From an uncultured delta proteobacterium (GTDB lineage Bacteria > Myxococcota_A > Polyangia > Polyangiales > B10-G4), in contig CAVSGI010000021.1 of assembly GCA_963727445.1 (NCBI GenBank), positions 512,001-576,000 on the forward strand: a stretch of DNA of 64,000 nt, read 5' to 3'. A model generated the notes under the pieces. The model saw nothing but the letters and a program-made list of their open reading frames with translations. It made no database searches and had not been told where the DNA came from. Shown one piece after another: positions 1 to 9,500 of this stretch (the stretch's first letter is position 1; each line of letters starts with the position of its first letter). The position numbers and the translations under genes are program-made.

Positions 1-28
1 CGCCAAAATCGTCTACGGCGCGAGCGCC

Positions 29-1348
29 TCAGCGCTTCCGTCGCCTCCGGAGGAGCGCGACTCCGAAGAGTCCGAGCATCAAGCCCGTGAGGGGATGGCT
101 CTGGCCGTCGGGGATGGTGCGGCAGCCGCAGCCACCCTGGACATCCGTCGCGGCGGGGCCGGGGACGTCCTCCGGCTCCGGCTGCGGTGGCGGATCGGTG
201 GGGGGCATGCCCAGGTCGACGCAGGTGCCGAGGTGGCAACCCATGAACTCGCCACAGTCGACGTTCTCGTCGACCGCGCCGTCGCAGTCTTCGTCCCGGC
301 CGTCGCAGGTCTCGGCATCGGCGGGGAGGACTTCGCCTTCGCAGGCGCCGAAGCGGCCGTCCACACAGGTCTGGACGCCGGGCGCGCACGCCCCGACGTC
401 CCAACCGCAGGCGCGGGTCTCGCCCTCGCGGCAGTCGCACTCGGCGTCGACGATGCCGTCGCAGTCGTTGTCCAGGCCGTCGCAGACGTCGGTGGCGCCC
501 GGGTGGGTCGAGGCGTCGGAGTCGTCGCAGTCACCGTCACAGGTGCGCACGCCGTCGCCGTCGACGTCGTAGCCCTCGTCGATCAACCCGTCGCAGTCGT
601 TGTCGAGTTCGTCGCAGACCTCGTCCGTGATGTCGCGGGCGATGGTGTTCAGGATGTCGCGCAGCGCGCCGAGATCGTTCGCCTGCATGTAGCAGTGGTT
701 GAGGGCCATCGGATCCTCGAGCGTGGGATCGCAACCCGGAAGCGCCGTGCCAGCGGCGACCGCGGCGCGGTTGAGGGTCAGCGAGTCGACCGCGGCGCCG
801 AAGCCGACGACGTGCACCGTCACGCCTGCCGAGCGCAGGTCCTCGACGGCGTTGACGGGCGTGAAGCGGGTTGCCGGATCGTAGGGGCTGCACCACTGCC
901 AGCCGTCCGTGATGACCACCACGTGGTTGTCGCGGCGCGTGTCGAGCATCGGGGCGTAGCCGAGGATCTCGTCGAGGGTCTGGGCCATGGGCGTGAAGTT
1001 GCCCGCGTCGGGGGGCGGATTTCCGAGGGCCGCCAGGATGGTCGACGAGGAGTTCGAGCCCACGTCGAGCGAGATGCGTCCGGGCTCGCAGCGATCCGGG
1101 AAGGGGAAGGGCTGAAGCCCGAAGTCGATGACCGAGTCGTAGGCGGAGGTCATCTCGCCGATCGCCATGCGCGCGGCTTCCCACTTGTTGGTGCCGCCGG
1201 GCAACGCGCCCAGCATCGAAGAGGACTTGTCGACGGTCAGGAGCACCTGCGGGGCTTCGCAGCGCGGCTGGGCCAGCGCTGAAGACGCGCTCGACGTGGC
1301 CGCGAGGGCGACGGCGAAGAGTGTGATGAGGTTCAGGGGGGAACGCAT
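29..1348 (-). CDS. Secreted VWA-domain protein with Cys/Asp-rich putative metal-binding (MopE-related) repeats and MYXO-CTERM anchor
   Basis: Signal peptide, MIDAS DKSSS...ITDG, repeated CDGLDNDCDGxxD motifs, C-terminal GGCGC-TM-RRRRKR; start taken at MRSPLN. Confidence 0.85.
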   Translation of the reverse strand: MRSPLNLITLFAVALAATSSASSALAQPRCEAPQVLLTVDKSSSMLGALPGGTNKWEAARMAIGEMTSAYDSVIDFGLQPFPFPDRCEPGRISLDVGSNSSSTILAALGNPPPDAGNFTPMAQTLDEILGYAPMLDTRRDNHVVVITDGWQWCSPYDPATRFTPVNAVEDLRSAGVTVHVVGFGAAVDSLTLNRAAVAAGTALPGCDPTLEDPMALNHCYMQANDLGALRDILNTIARDITDEVCDELDNDCDGLIDEGYDVDGDGVRTCDGDCDDSDASTHPGATDVCDGLDNDCDGIVDAECDCREGETRACGWDVGACAPGVQTCVDGRFGACEGEVLPADAETCDGRDEDCDGAVDENVDCGEFMGCHLGTCVDLGMPPTDPPPQPEPEDVPGPAATDVQGGCGCRTIPDGQSHPLTGLMLGLFGVALLRRRRKR

Positions 1349-1549
1349 GCCGGGACCTTCTGCACTGGCCGTACCAGCCATCACGCCACCGGGCAGGCTC
1401 GCAACCTCCCGAGATCATGGAGATGTCTGGGGCGTGAGAAATCGCTCAGATCGGCTTCTCGAGTTTCCAGAGCTGGGGACAAGAGCCACCAATGAAAGCG
1501 TGGCTGCGGGAAATTGACGGGTCCCGGGGCCGCATGGCACCAGGGAGAG

Positions 1550-2806
1550 GTGAGGGCGAGACGACGGCGATGGGTGGTGACGCTCGTCGGCCTCGCGGCG
1601 GTGATGCTCTGCTCCGCCGCGAACGCCGAGGACGCGCCCTGGCGCGCCCGCCGCATCCGCGGCGTCCGAGCCAATCGCATGGCGGCCGCGCGCGTCACGC
1701 CGAGCGACTGGCCGACCGAGCCCGAGAGCCCCGCCGAGGTGGATCCCAACCGTCTCGCGCGCGCGCTCCACGAGATCTGCGGATGGATGCCGCCGGGTCG
1801 ACCGCTCCGCTACGCGGACTGGATGCTGCGCTACGGCGCAGAGCACGACGTCGATCCCTTCCTCCTCGGCGCGCTCATCTACCGGCGGACCGAAGGGAGC
1901 TGCCGGCCCGATAGCGAGGGCGAGCACGGTGAGTTGGGGCTCACGCAGATCCGCCGCGAGCTCTACGCCGACACCTTTCGTCGCGGCGTCTACAGCTACC
2001 AGATCCGTGAGAGCGGGCGCTGGGTCACCCGCGAAAAGCGCCTCGATCGCTTCCCCTTCGCCGGACCGCGCCTGGCGCGGGCCGAGGAGAACATCTACTT
2101 CGCGGCGGCGCTCCTCGCGGCCTGGCGCGATCAGCACGACTCGGTGGACAGCGGCTTCGACCAGGTCCCGCATCGTCACTTCGTCTCACACTTCGTGTGG
2201 GGCGATCGCGTCCAGAGCGACCGGCAGGAGGACGAGATCCTGACCGACCGGCGCCGCCTCCTCTATTACTACGGTGCGATCGCGGCGCCGGCGCCGATCC
2301 GGCGCTTCGGGCTCGCGCTGGGGGCGCCCCTCGACGGCGCGCCGCGTGTCGTCTCGAGCTTCATCGGCGCCGATCGCGACGACGGCAGCCGGGCCCATCG
2401 CGGGGTGGACGTGGAATCGCTGCCGGGGGAGCCGGTGCGGGCCGTCGCGGACGGTCGGGTGAGCTTCGCCGGTGTCGATCTCCCCGGCCACCAGGCGCAT
2501 CAGAACGTGGCGAAGGATGGGTACGACGCCTATCCGCGCGACAGCCTGGGCGCGGGGGGCCGTTACGTCTGCATCCGCCACTCCCTCGAGGGCGACGACC
2601 TCCGCACCTGTTACATGCACATGGAAGAGGTGCTCGTGGAGTACGGGCAACAGATCACCCGCGGCGAGCAGATCGGCACCGTCGGGCGCACTGGCATGCA
2701 GCGCTCGGCCGCGCACCTGCACCTCGAGATGCACCAGGGCACCGAGCTCCTCGACGCCTCTCAGATCCTTCGCGGCATTCTCATCGGTGAGCCGGTCCCC
2801 GAGTGA
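1550..2806 (+). CDS. M23 peptidase with N-terminal lytic transglycosylase-like domain
   Basis: HRGVD, YMHM and HLHLE M23 motifs; N-terminal VDPFLLGALIYRRTE...LGLTQI resembles an SLT domain; start uncertain (1514 or 1550). Confidence 0.8.
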   Translation: MRARRRRWVVTLVGLAAVMLCSAANAEDAPWRARRIRGVRANRMAAARVTPSDWPTEPESPAEVDPNRLARALHEICGWMPPGRPLRYADWMLRYGAEHDVDPFLLGALIYRRTEGSCRPDSEGEHGELGLTQIRRELYADTFRRGVYSYQIRESGRWVTREKRLDRFPFAGPRLARAEENIYFAAALLAAWRDQHDSVDSGFDQVPHRHFVSHFVWGDRVQSDRQEDEILTDRRRLLYYYGAIAAPAPIRRFGLALGAPLDGAPRVVSSFIGADRDDGSRAHRGVDVESLPGEPVRAVADGRVSFAGVDLPGHQAHQNVAKDGYDAYPRDSLGAGGRYVCIRHSLEGDDLRTCYMHMEEVLVEYGQQITRGEQIGTVGRTGMQRSAAHLHLEMHQGTELLDASQILRGILIGEPVPE

Positions 2807-2809
2807 CCC

Positions 2810-3815
2810 TCACTCGCCGTCGCGGAGCGGACGGGTGAGGGCGACGCCCCGATAGGGAGGCGCGGGGGAGGCGAGGCTGCCGCCCACGGTGATCAGCGGC
2901 CCGCCACCGACCGAGTAGATCGCGTGAAGGTCCAGCGACGTGTCGGTGTAGATCTCCTCGTACTCGAAGGTCGCGACGTCGAGCACGGCGGTGGTGCCGC
3001 GGAGGCCCACGACGTGAGCCTTGCCGTCGTTGCGCATCCAGATCCCGTTGAGTCCGAGGAGGGGCGCGAGTGACTGCGAGCGCCAGGAGGAACCGTCCCA
3101 GGCTGCGACGACGCCGTTGCCCCGGCCGCCGACCGCGACGATGTCGTTCGGACCCGTGCCCCAGAGCGAGATCAGAATCCTGATCGACACCGACGAGATG
3201 CTCGACCAGGGCGCTGCCGTCCCAGTGCAGCACCGCACCTCGCTGGCCGACCATCCACACGTCGCTCGACGAGGTCCCCCACACCTTGAACCAGGCCCAG
3301 ACCCGCGGCCGCTCGAGGGTGGGCATCTCCATCTGGGTCCAGGCGCTTCCATCGTAGTGGATGATGGTGGCCTGCCCGTCCTCCATGCCGTTGCCGCCGA
3401 CGGACCAGATGTCGTCCGGGCTGGCGCCCCAGATGCCCCAGAGGTTCTTGTCGACGCCGCTGTCGATCGCGCTCCAACGGCTCCCGTCGAAGTGCAGCAC
3501 CGTGCCCGCGTTGCCGACGGTGAAGATGTCATCCGGCCCGAAGGCGTGGACCCAGTTGAGGAGCGGTGTGCCCGCGGGGAGGGTGACCGGCGACCAATTG
3601 GTGCCGTCGAAGTGCATCATCGCGCCGTCGCCGTCGAGAGCGCCACCGACGGCGTAGAGATCGTCGGGTGCGGGGCCGCCCACGTTGAGGAGCCAGCCGA
3701 CGCTCTCGGCGTCGAAGGCGGGGGTCCACGTCGGTGGATCCGGATCCGATGGACACCCGGTGAGGCAGAGGAGCGTGGCGACGGCGGCGGCAGCCCGGAG
3801 AGGAAGCGAGGCCAT
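2810..3815 (-). CDS. Beta-propeller (WD40/YVTN-like) lipoprotein, split by a 1-bp frameshift at ~3176
   Basis: Lipobox LTGC; LWGxxPDDIxAVG repeats continue across ORFs 2781..3872 and 2810..3532; removing one A from GAATC (3175-3179) gives VDQDLISLWGTGPND. Confidence 0.75.
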
Positions 3816-3910
3816 GTGGGTGGATCGTAATCGATTTTCGCTGCGGGTCGCGTGACCGAGATCAAAGCGCAAAGGATGCGCTCCAGCGTCTGGTGTATAC
3901 CTGAACCCTC

Positions 3911-4888
3911 GTGCGCGCGCGTGTCGCAGCGTCCTTCTTCTCCGTTGTCGCGTCCCTCGCGGCCTGTCAGCCCGATCTCGGGCCCTGCGATCAGGACGCG
4001 GCGATCCAGGTGGCCTTCGCCAACGCGGGGCCCTTCGCGGGGCGCCCCGCTTTCGCCGGGCAGGCGCTGGTCACCGCCTCCTGCGGCAACGGGCGCTTCT
4101 GTCATGCGGCGAGCGCCGAGGGCGTGCAGCGCTTCGGCACGCCGGCGAGCCTGGACTTCGACGTGAGCATCCCCTGCGCGGATCTGGTCGGGTGCGACGA
4201 GCGCGCGATCGAGCGCCTCCGCGAAAACCAGCTGCGGATCCTCGATCACGCGGGCTCGATCGCGTCGGACGTGCGCGACGGAAGGATGCCGCCGGGGCAG
4301 CGGGGCGGCGAGGTGGTCGATCTCGGCGGCTACCGACTGGGGCCGGAGGCCGGGTCGCCCGCGCTGCCGGTGATTGGGAGCCCCGAGGGTGTCGCCATCC
4401 TCGAGAACTGGCTCGCCTGCGGTGCGCCGGTCGTCGAGGCGACCACGGCGCCCACCGTCGACAACCCGCCTGGCGTCTCCTGTGGGCGCGGGCCCGGCGC
4501 CGTGGGCGAGTGCATCGTGCGCACCGACCTCACGCTGCCCGATCCGACCTGGGCGTCGATCTTCGAAGACGTCATCGAGCCGGCCTGCGGCCGAAGCTGT
4601 CACGGTCCGAGCGGCGTCGACCAGCGCGAGGAGAGCGCCCTCGACCTTTCCGCCATGGACGTGGCCTACGACGCACTGGTGAACGCGCCCGTGGCGGGGC
4701 TCGCCTGTGCCACGACCTCCGCGGCGCGCGTCCGCGTCGCGCCCGGCGATCCGGATCATTCGCTCCTCATGCAGAAGCTCGAGAGCCCGAGCCCCTGCGG
4801 CGATCCCATGCCCAGCCGAACGGATCTGCTGCCGGCGGAGATGCGCGACGTGATCCGCGCGTGGATCGAAGACGGCGCGCAGCCGTGA
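3911..4888 (+). CDS. Lipoprotein with two atypical cytochrome c-like domains
   Basis: Lipobox LAAC; CGNGRFCH...GRMPP and CGRSCH...GDPMP...AWIEDGA. Confidence 0.65.
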   Translation: MRARVAASFFSVVASLAACQPDLGPCDQDAAIQVAFANAGPFAGRPAFAGQALVTASCGNGRFCHAASAEGVQRFGTPASLDFDVSIPCADLVGCDERAIERLRENQLRILDHAGSIASDVRDGRMPPGQRGGEVVDLGGYRLGPEAGSPALPVIGSPEGVAILENWLACGAPVVEATTAPTVDNPPGVSCGRGPGAVGECIVRTDLTLPDPTWASIFEDVIEPACGRSCHGPSGVDQREESALDLSAMDVAYDALVNAPVAGLACATTSAARVRVAPGDPDHSLLMQKLESPSPCGDPMPSRTDLLPAEMRDVIRAWIEDGAQP

Positions 4889-5707
4889 TCACGGCGTCCT
4901 GATCGCGCGAAGCTGGCCTTCGTCCAGGGCGGGACGGCATTCGTGAGGGTAGGCCGCCATGAGGTTGTTCGGCTCATCGGTGTGCGAAAGCCCGAGCGCG
5001 TGGCCCATCTCGTGGGCGAGGGTGAAGTCGCTGACCAGGTCCTCGGCGGACAGGAAGATGGTGGGCGTGAAGTCCGAGACGCCGAGGAGCTCGCGGAAGC
5101 GGGGCTCGTCTTCGTCCTGTGCCGTGAAGGTGAGCCCGGCGACGTCGCGATTCATGCGCCGCACGAGGGACCGCAGCGGCGCGATGCGGGAGACGAAGAC
5201 GACGTGCACCGCGTGGCGGCGGGGTACGCTCCACTTCTGGCACAAGGCGAGCGCAGGGGCGAAGAGCGCGCGCCACAGCGCGCGACGCCCCTCGCTGCCC
5301 TCCGCGGGCTCTTCCGTCTCCTGCTCCGGAAGGAGCGCGGTCGTGGCTTCGCGGGTGGGGATGGCGCGAGGCTCGGCGTCCAAGGTGAAGGTGATGCCGT
5401 AGGGGGCGTAGGTGTCGCGGAGCCCGCCGAGCTGGCGGCGGACGAGGGTGTCGTTCACGTCCGGGCCGACGAAGGCCGAGACACCGATCTCGTGCGGCGT
5501 CGCGTGGGCCGCCTGCCCGACCTCGTCGCACGGCCCCGCCTCGGGGGCAGGGCTCGCCGTGAGCCACGCCCGCGTCGCTTCGGCGTCGGCGTGGTAGGGC
5601 CCGATCCGCGGCTCGGCGCTCAGCGCCACGAAGCCCACCACCGCGACCGTGAGCGCCACCGCCCCGATCACGACGCCGGCGCGCGCGCGCTGTCGCGGGC
5701 TACTCAC
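4889..5707 (-). CDS. Matrixin/metzincin-type zinc metalloprotease, membrane-anchored
   Basis: HEMGHALGLSH plus NNLM Met-turn; N-terminal TM; GTG start overlaps the upstream stop. Confidence 0.75.
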   Translation of the reverse strand: MSSPRQRARAGVVIGAVALTVAVVGFVALSAEPRIGPYHADAEATRAWLTASPAPEAGPCDEVGQAAHATPHEIGVSAFVGPDVNDTLVRRQLGGLRDTYAPYGITFTLDAEPRAIPTREATTALLPEQETEEPAEGSEGRRALWRALFAPALALCQKWSVPRRHAVHVVFVSRIAPLRSLVRRMNRDVAGLTFTAQDEDEPRFRELLGVSDFTPTIFLSAEDLVSDFTLAHEMGHALGLSHTDEPNNLMAAYPHECRPALDEGQLRAIRTP

Positions 5708-7085
5708 CGTCGACTGGGACCGAGGTGCTCGCCGTCGCGATGTCGTGGATGACGACGTCATCCAGGTGCTCCTCGAGACCGAGCAGACGCAAGAGATAAG
5801 GCGGGTGCGTTCGGAATCGAAGGCGCGCCTCGACCTCGATCGGGCCGACGACTGTCTCGTCGGTGGGCACGAAGAGGGTGAAGGTCCGCGCGAGGCGCGC
5901 GGGGATCGAGCGCAGCACGTGCTCCTCCGCTCGCCACGAGAGGACCACCGGCTGACCGTCGCCGTCGAGGAGCGTCGAGTGGAACGCGATCAGGTCTTCG
6001 TCGCCGTAGGGGTCGAGCTCGCTGAACTGATCGCGAAGGTCGCCGTTGTCATCCAGGGTGCCCGTCTCGTAGAGCACGCGACCGGTCGCGTCGGTGGCGC
6101 GGAGCTCGACCCAGAGCTGGCGGATGAAGGTCGAGCCCGTGGGCAGGTTGTGACCGTCGATCAGGTTGGTCACGGTGACCAGGACGTCGAGATCGTCGCC
6201 GAGGACCAGAGGATTCGCCGGGGCGACCTCGAGGCGGGCTGCGGTGCCGAGGAGCTCTTCGACGTCGGCGGCGATGCGCGTCATCTCCTCATCGGTGGCG
6301 AACCCCTCGGTGAGGGGGATGTCGACGCCGACGAAGGTGTGCTCGTGCAGGGTGCGCGTCGGCGCCCCCGGCGCGGCCCGCCCCCGGTAGCTCTTCATGT
6401 GGCAGTCCTGGCAGGTGGTGCCTTCGGCGGGCGCTGGCGACTCGAGCCACTCGTCGTAGGGGCGCTCGAGCTCGACGCCGTTCACCTCGATCACGTCGTG
6501 GCAGCCAGCGCAGAACTCCGGGCTGCCGTGGAGCTCGGAGAAGGCAGCCTCGTGTGCGGCGGAGTCAATCGGCGAGCCGATGGTGGCGCGCACGGGGCCG
6601 GTGGGGTCGAGGATGTGCCCGCTGTTGTCCGCGCGCCTGAGGCCCGAGACCTTGTGACAGGACTCGCAGGTCACACCCTCGAGCGTGATGGGGGACAGAT
6701 CCGAGAAGGAGAAGCCGTCCACGATCTCGCCGCCGCGGGTGCCGATGGCGGTGTGGCACTGAGTGCAGAACTCGTCCTGAGCGCCGTCGAAGTCCGCCTG
6801 CCTCAGGGCGACGAGCTCGCGATAGACGGGGTCGATCATCGCGTAGGCGTGCATCGAGGACTTCCAGCCGTCGTAGTAGCGCGCGTGGCAGTCGGCGCAG
6901 GCGATGGCGCTCTCGAAGTCGTCCACCGAGAGCGTGGGGGCTGCGGGCATCGAGAGCGGATCGTGAAACCCCGGGGGCTGGTCGATGGGATCGGGCGTGA
7001 CTGGACCGGCCGGGGGGATCGGGTCCCTCTTGCAGGCGCTCAGGGTGAACAGGAGCGTGAACGCGAACGCTCGGCCGAGTCGCAT
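5700..7085 (-). CDS. Multihaem (5x CxxCH) c-type cytochrome lipoprotein, c554/c-552-like
   Basis: CADCH, CTQCH, CESCH, CAGCH, CQDCH; lipobox LSAC; GHNLPTG motif. Confidence 0.9.
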   Translation of the reverse strand: MRLGRAFAFTLLFTLSACKRDPIPPAGPVTPDPIDQPPGFHDPLSMPAAPTLSVDDFESAIACADCHARYYDGWKSSMHAYAMIDPVYRELVALRQADFDGAQDEFCTQCHTAIGTRGGEIVDGFSFSDLSPITLEGVTCESCHKVSGLRRADNSGHILDPTGPVRATIGSPIDSAAHEAAFSELHGSPEFCAGCHDVIEVNGVELERPYDEWLESPAPAEGTTCQDCHMKSYRGRAAPGAPTRTLHEHTFVGVDIPLTEGFATDEEMTRIAADVEELLGTAARLEVAPANPLVLGDDLDVLVTVTNLIDGHNLPTGSTFIRQLWVELRATDATGRVLYETGTLDDNGDLRDQFSELDPYGDEDLIAFHSTLLDGDGQPVVLSWRAEEHVLRSIPARLARTFTLFVPTDETVVGPIEVEARLRFRTHPPYLLRLLGLEEHLDDVVIHDIATASTSVPVDGE

Positions 7086-9481
7086 CAGAGCGTTTCCAAG
7101 AAGGCGAGGAGGCGCGCGCGGTCTTCGGCGCTCATTGCCATGAAAGCGTCGCGGATCGAGCTCGCCTCCCCGGCGTGAGCTTCAATCGCTTCCTCGAGGG
7201 TGTCCGCGTGTCCGGAATGCAGATAGGGCGCCGTCTGGGAGATGCCCCAGAGCGGCGCGGTTCGGAATTCGCGCACGTTGGCCGAGGCGTCCTCCACGCC
7301 GGTGGCGTCGGGCGGCAGGACCTCGTGCAGGAGCAGGTCGGAGTAGAGCGGCACCGGCCCGTCGCGTCCCGGCAGGGTGGGGATGTGACAGGAAGCGCAG
7401 CCCACCGTCTGGAAGAGCTCCTCGCCCGCGGCGACGGCGGCCGGATCCTCGGCGTCCTGTCGTGGAGGCGGGCCCAAGAGCTCGAGGAATCGGGTGAGCA
7501 GGATCTCGTCGTCGGCAGAGAACTCCGGGTCCAGCACGTCGTCCGTGTCGTGGATGCGCCCGAAGGTGTAGCCCTCGCGGTATTCGAGGGTCATGCCCAT
7601 CTCGGAGAAGACGGCGTCGCGCACGAACTCGGCGATGGAGGGGATCTGCGCCTTCCAGCCCAGGCGCCCGAGCCGACCGCCGTCGCTATAGGAGGCCTTG
7701 CCCGTGATGCCGTCGGGGGTGATCAGGTCGTCGGGGTCGGCGTTCGCCAGGATCGCTTCGTCGGGGATGCTCTCGATGAGCCCGAGCCCGAAGAGGTGCG
7801 GCGTCTGCCGGTGCTCGTAGACGTTCACCGACGCCTGGGGCAGGTTCGTGTGATCGATCGCCGTCGTCTGTCGGTGGATGATCGTGCCTACCGCGGGCAC
7901 CGTGAACTCGCCCGCCTCGTTCAGGATGCCGTGCCGCATCACGTTGACGCCGCGCGGCCCCGACCCACCGAGCGCCGGCTCGAAATGGCACGCGCGACAA
8001 GAGTCGCCGTTGAAGCGCGGCTGTCCCACACCCTCGGCGAAGCCGAACTCGCGATCGAAGAGCGTCCTCCCCGCTTCGAAGATCGCCTGCTCGTCGCCGC
8101 CGAGCGCGTGCACCGGCCCGCCGTATCCGCCGACCTCGGGGATGGGCTCACCCGGGCGCAGCAGGCCGTGGGTCGCCTGATCGCGCCCGCCGAGGCAGTG
8201 GAGGAACTCGAGGAGGTCGTTCTTCTCGATGAGCGGGAGCCTTCGGTACGCGTCCCGGGCGCCGGTCGCTTCCCCGCCGTGATCGAGGATGGCCTCCTCG
8301 AAGGTGGCCGCCCGTCCATCGTGGAGGTAGGGCCCGACGGCGGAGAGGCCCCACAGGGGTTGGGTTCGAAACTCGGAGCCGGTGGCTTCCTTCATCCGGA
8401 TCCCGTCCGCGAGCTCCGGCCCCATGTCGTGCAGGAGCAGGTCCGAATACGCTGGGATCGGACCGCGTGGGCCGTTCAGGCGCGGCGCGTGACAGTCGGC
8501 GCAGCCCACGCGATCGAAGACCGCCATCCCGCGACGCCCGCGCGGCGTGATCTCCATCTCGGGCACGGCGACGAGCATCGCGAAGCTCACCAGATCGAAG
8601 AGGTCGTCGCCCGACATCTCGGGGTCGGGCGCGGCGTCGTCATCGACGAGGGGCATCGTGGGCGCCGAGGCCTGTGCGCGGCGCGAGAGCGCGTCGGCGA
8701 CGAAGAGATAGGCGCGCGTACCGGTGCCGCCGCTCGAGCTGTCCACGGGCAGCGCGGCCTTCTGCTCTTCGGTGAGCGGGTCGGTGGTGATGCCCACGTG
8801 GTTGAAGAGCGGGCCCCGAATGAAGCCTTCGATCGAGACCGTCTGCGCCTTCATGCCGAAGCGGCCGACGAAGCCCTGATCGTAATTGGGTCGTCCGCTG
8901 ATCCCATCACCGTCCAGATCGTCGGGATCGGCGCGGCTCAGGATCTCCTCCTCGTCGAGCTCGGCGATGAGGCCCACGCCGAAGAAGGGGATCGGGTTGC
9001 GCTGCGCCTGGGTGTTGGTCTCGGGGGGGACTTCGGGGCGCGCATAGTGGGCGTCGCCGTAGTAGTAGATGCGAAGGACCCCGCTGGGGTTGTCGGCGGA
9101 GACGGTGGGCGAGAAGGTGCCGTCGGAGAGGACCTCACCCGCGAGGAAGAAGTTGCGGTACAGGCCCGCGCCTCCGCCCATCACCGGCCGCTCGTGGCAG
9201 GCGGTACAGAAGGTCACGTTGAAGGCGGGGCCCAGGCCTTCGGCGAGGGAGAACTGCCGCCCGGCCACCTTCTGCCCGCGTTCGAAGGTCGCTCGCTGCT
9301 CGGTCGTGGCGTAGGGAACGACGCTGCCCAGAGGGCCGCTGATGTCGGGCGCGATGGGCCCGTGATCCACGGGCTCGGGGTCGCAGGCCGCGAGGGAGAC
9401 GGCGAGCAGCAATGGGACGCAAAAGTGCCTGCACCCGAAGTGCACCCCCTCGATCTGAGTCCCAATTCGGCGAGGCGCCAC
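7085..9481 (-). CDS. Di-haem oxidoreductase (DHOR) family lipoprotein with two tandem DHOR modules
   Basis: Two copies of GxGPxFN-CxxCH...GRFGxKA...CxxCH...YSDLLLH...FRTxPLWG...YLHxGxA; lipobox LAAC. Confidence 0.88.
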   Translation of the reverse strand: MAPRRIGTQIEGVHFGCRHFCVPLLLAVSLAACDPEPVDHGPIAPDISGPLGSVVPYATTEQRATFERGQKVAGRQFSLAEGLGPAFNVTFCTACHERPVMGGGAGLYRNFFLAGEVLSDGTFSPTVSADNPSGVLRIYYYGDAHYARPEVPPETNTQAQRNPIPFFGVGLIAELDEEEILSRADPDDLDGDGISGRPNYDQGFVGRFGMKAQTVSIEGFIRGPLFNHVGITTDPLTEEQKAALPVDSSSGGTGTRAYLFVADALSRRAQASAPTMPLVDDDAAPDPEMSGDDLFDLVSFAMLVAVPEMEITPRGRRGMAVFDRVGCADCHAPRLNGPRGPIPAYSDLLLHDMGPELADGIRMKEATGSEFRTQPLWGLSAVGPYLHDGRAATFEEAILDHGGEATGARDAYRRLPLIEKNDLLEFLHCLGGRDQATHGLLRPGEPIPEVGGYGGPVHALGGDEQAIFEAGRTLFDREFGFAEGVGQPRFNGDSCRACHFEPALGGSGPRGVNVMRHGILNEAGEFTVPAVGTIIHRQTTAIDHTNLPQASVNVYEHRQTPHLFGLGLIESIPDEAILANADPDDLITPDGITGKASYSDGGRLGRLGWKAQIPSIAEFVRDAVFSEMGMTLEYREGYTFGRIHDTDDVLDPEFSADDEILLTRFLELLGPPPRQDAEDPAAVAAGEELFQTVGCASCHIPTLPGRDGPVPLYSDLLLHEVLPPDATGVEDASANVREFRTAPLWGISQTAPYLHSGHADTLEEAIEAHAGEASSIRDAFMAMSAEDRARLLAFLETL

Positions 9482-9500
9482 CGTGGGGCGGCGTCGGCCC

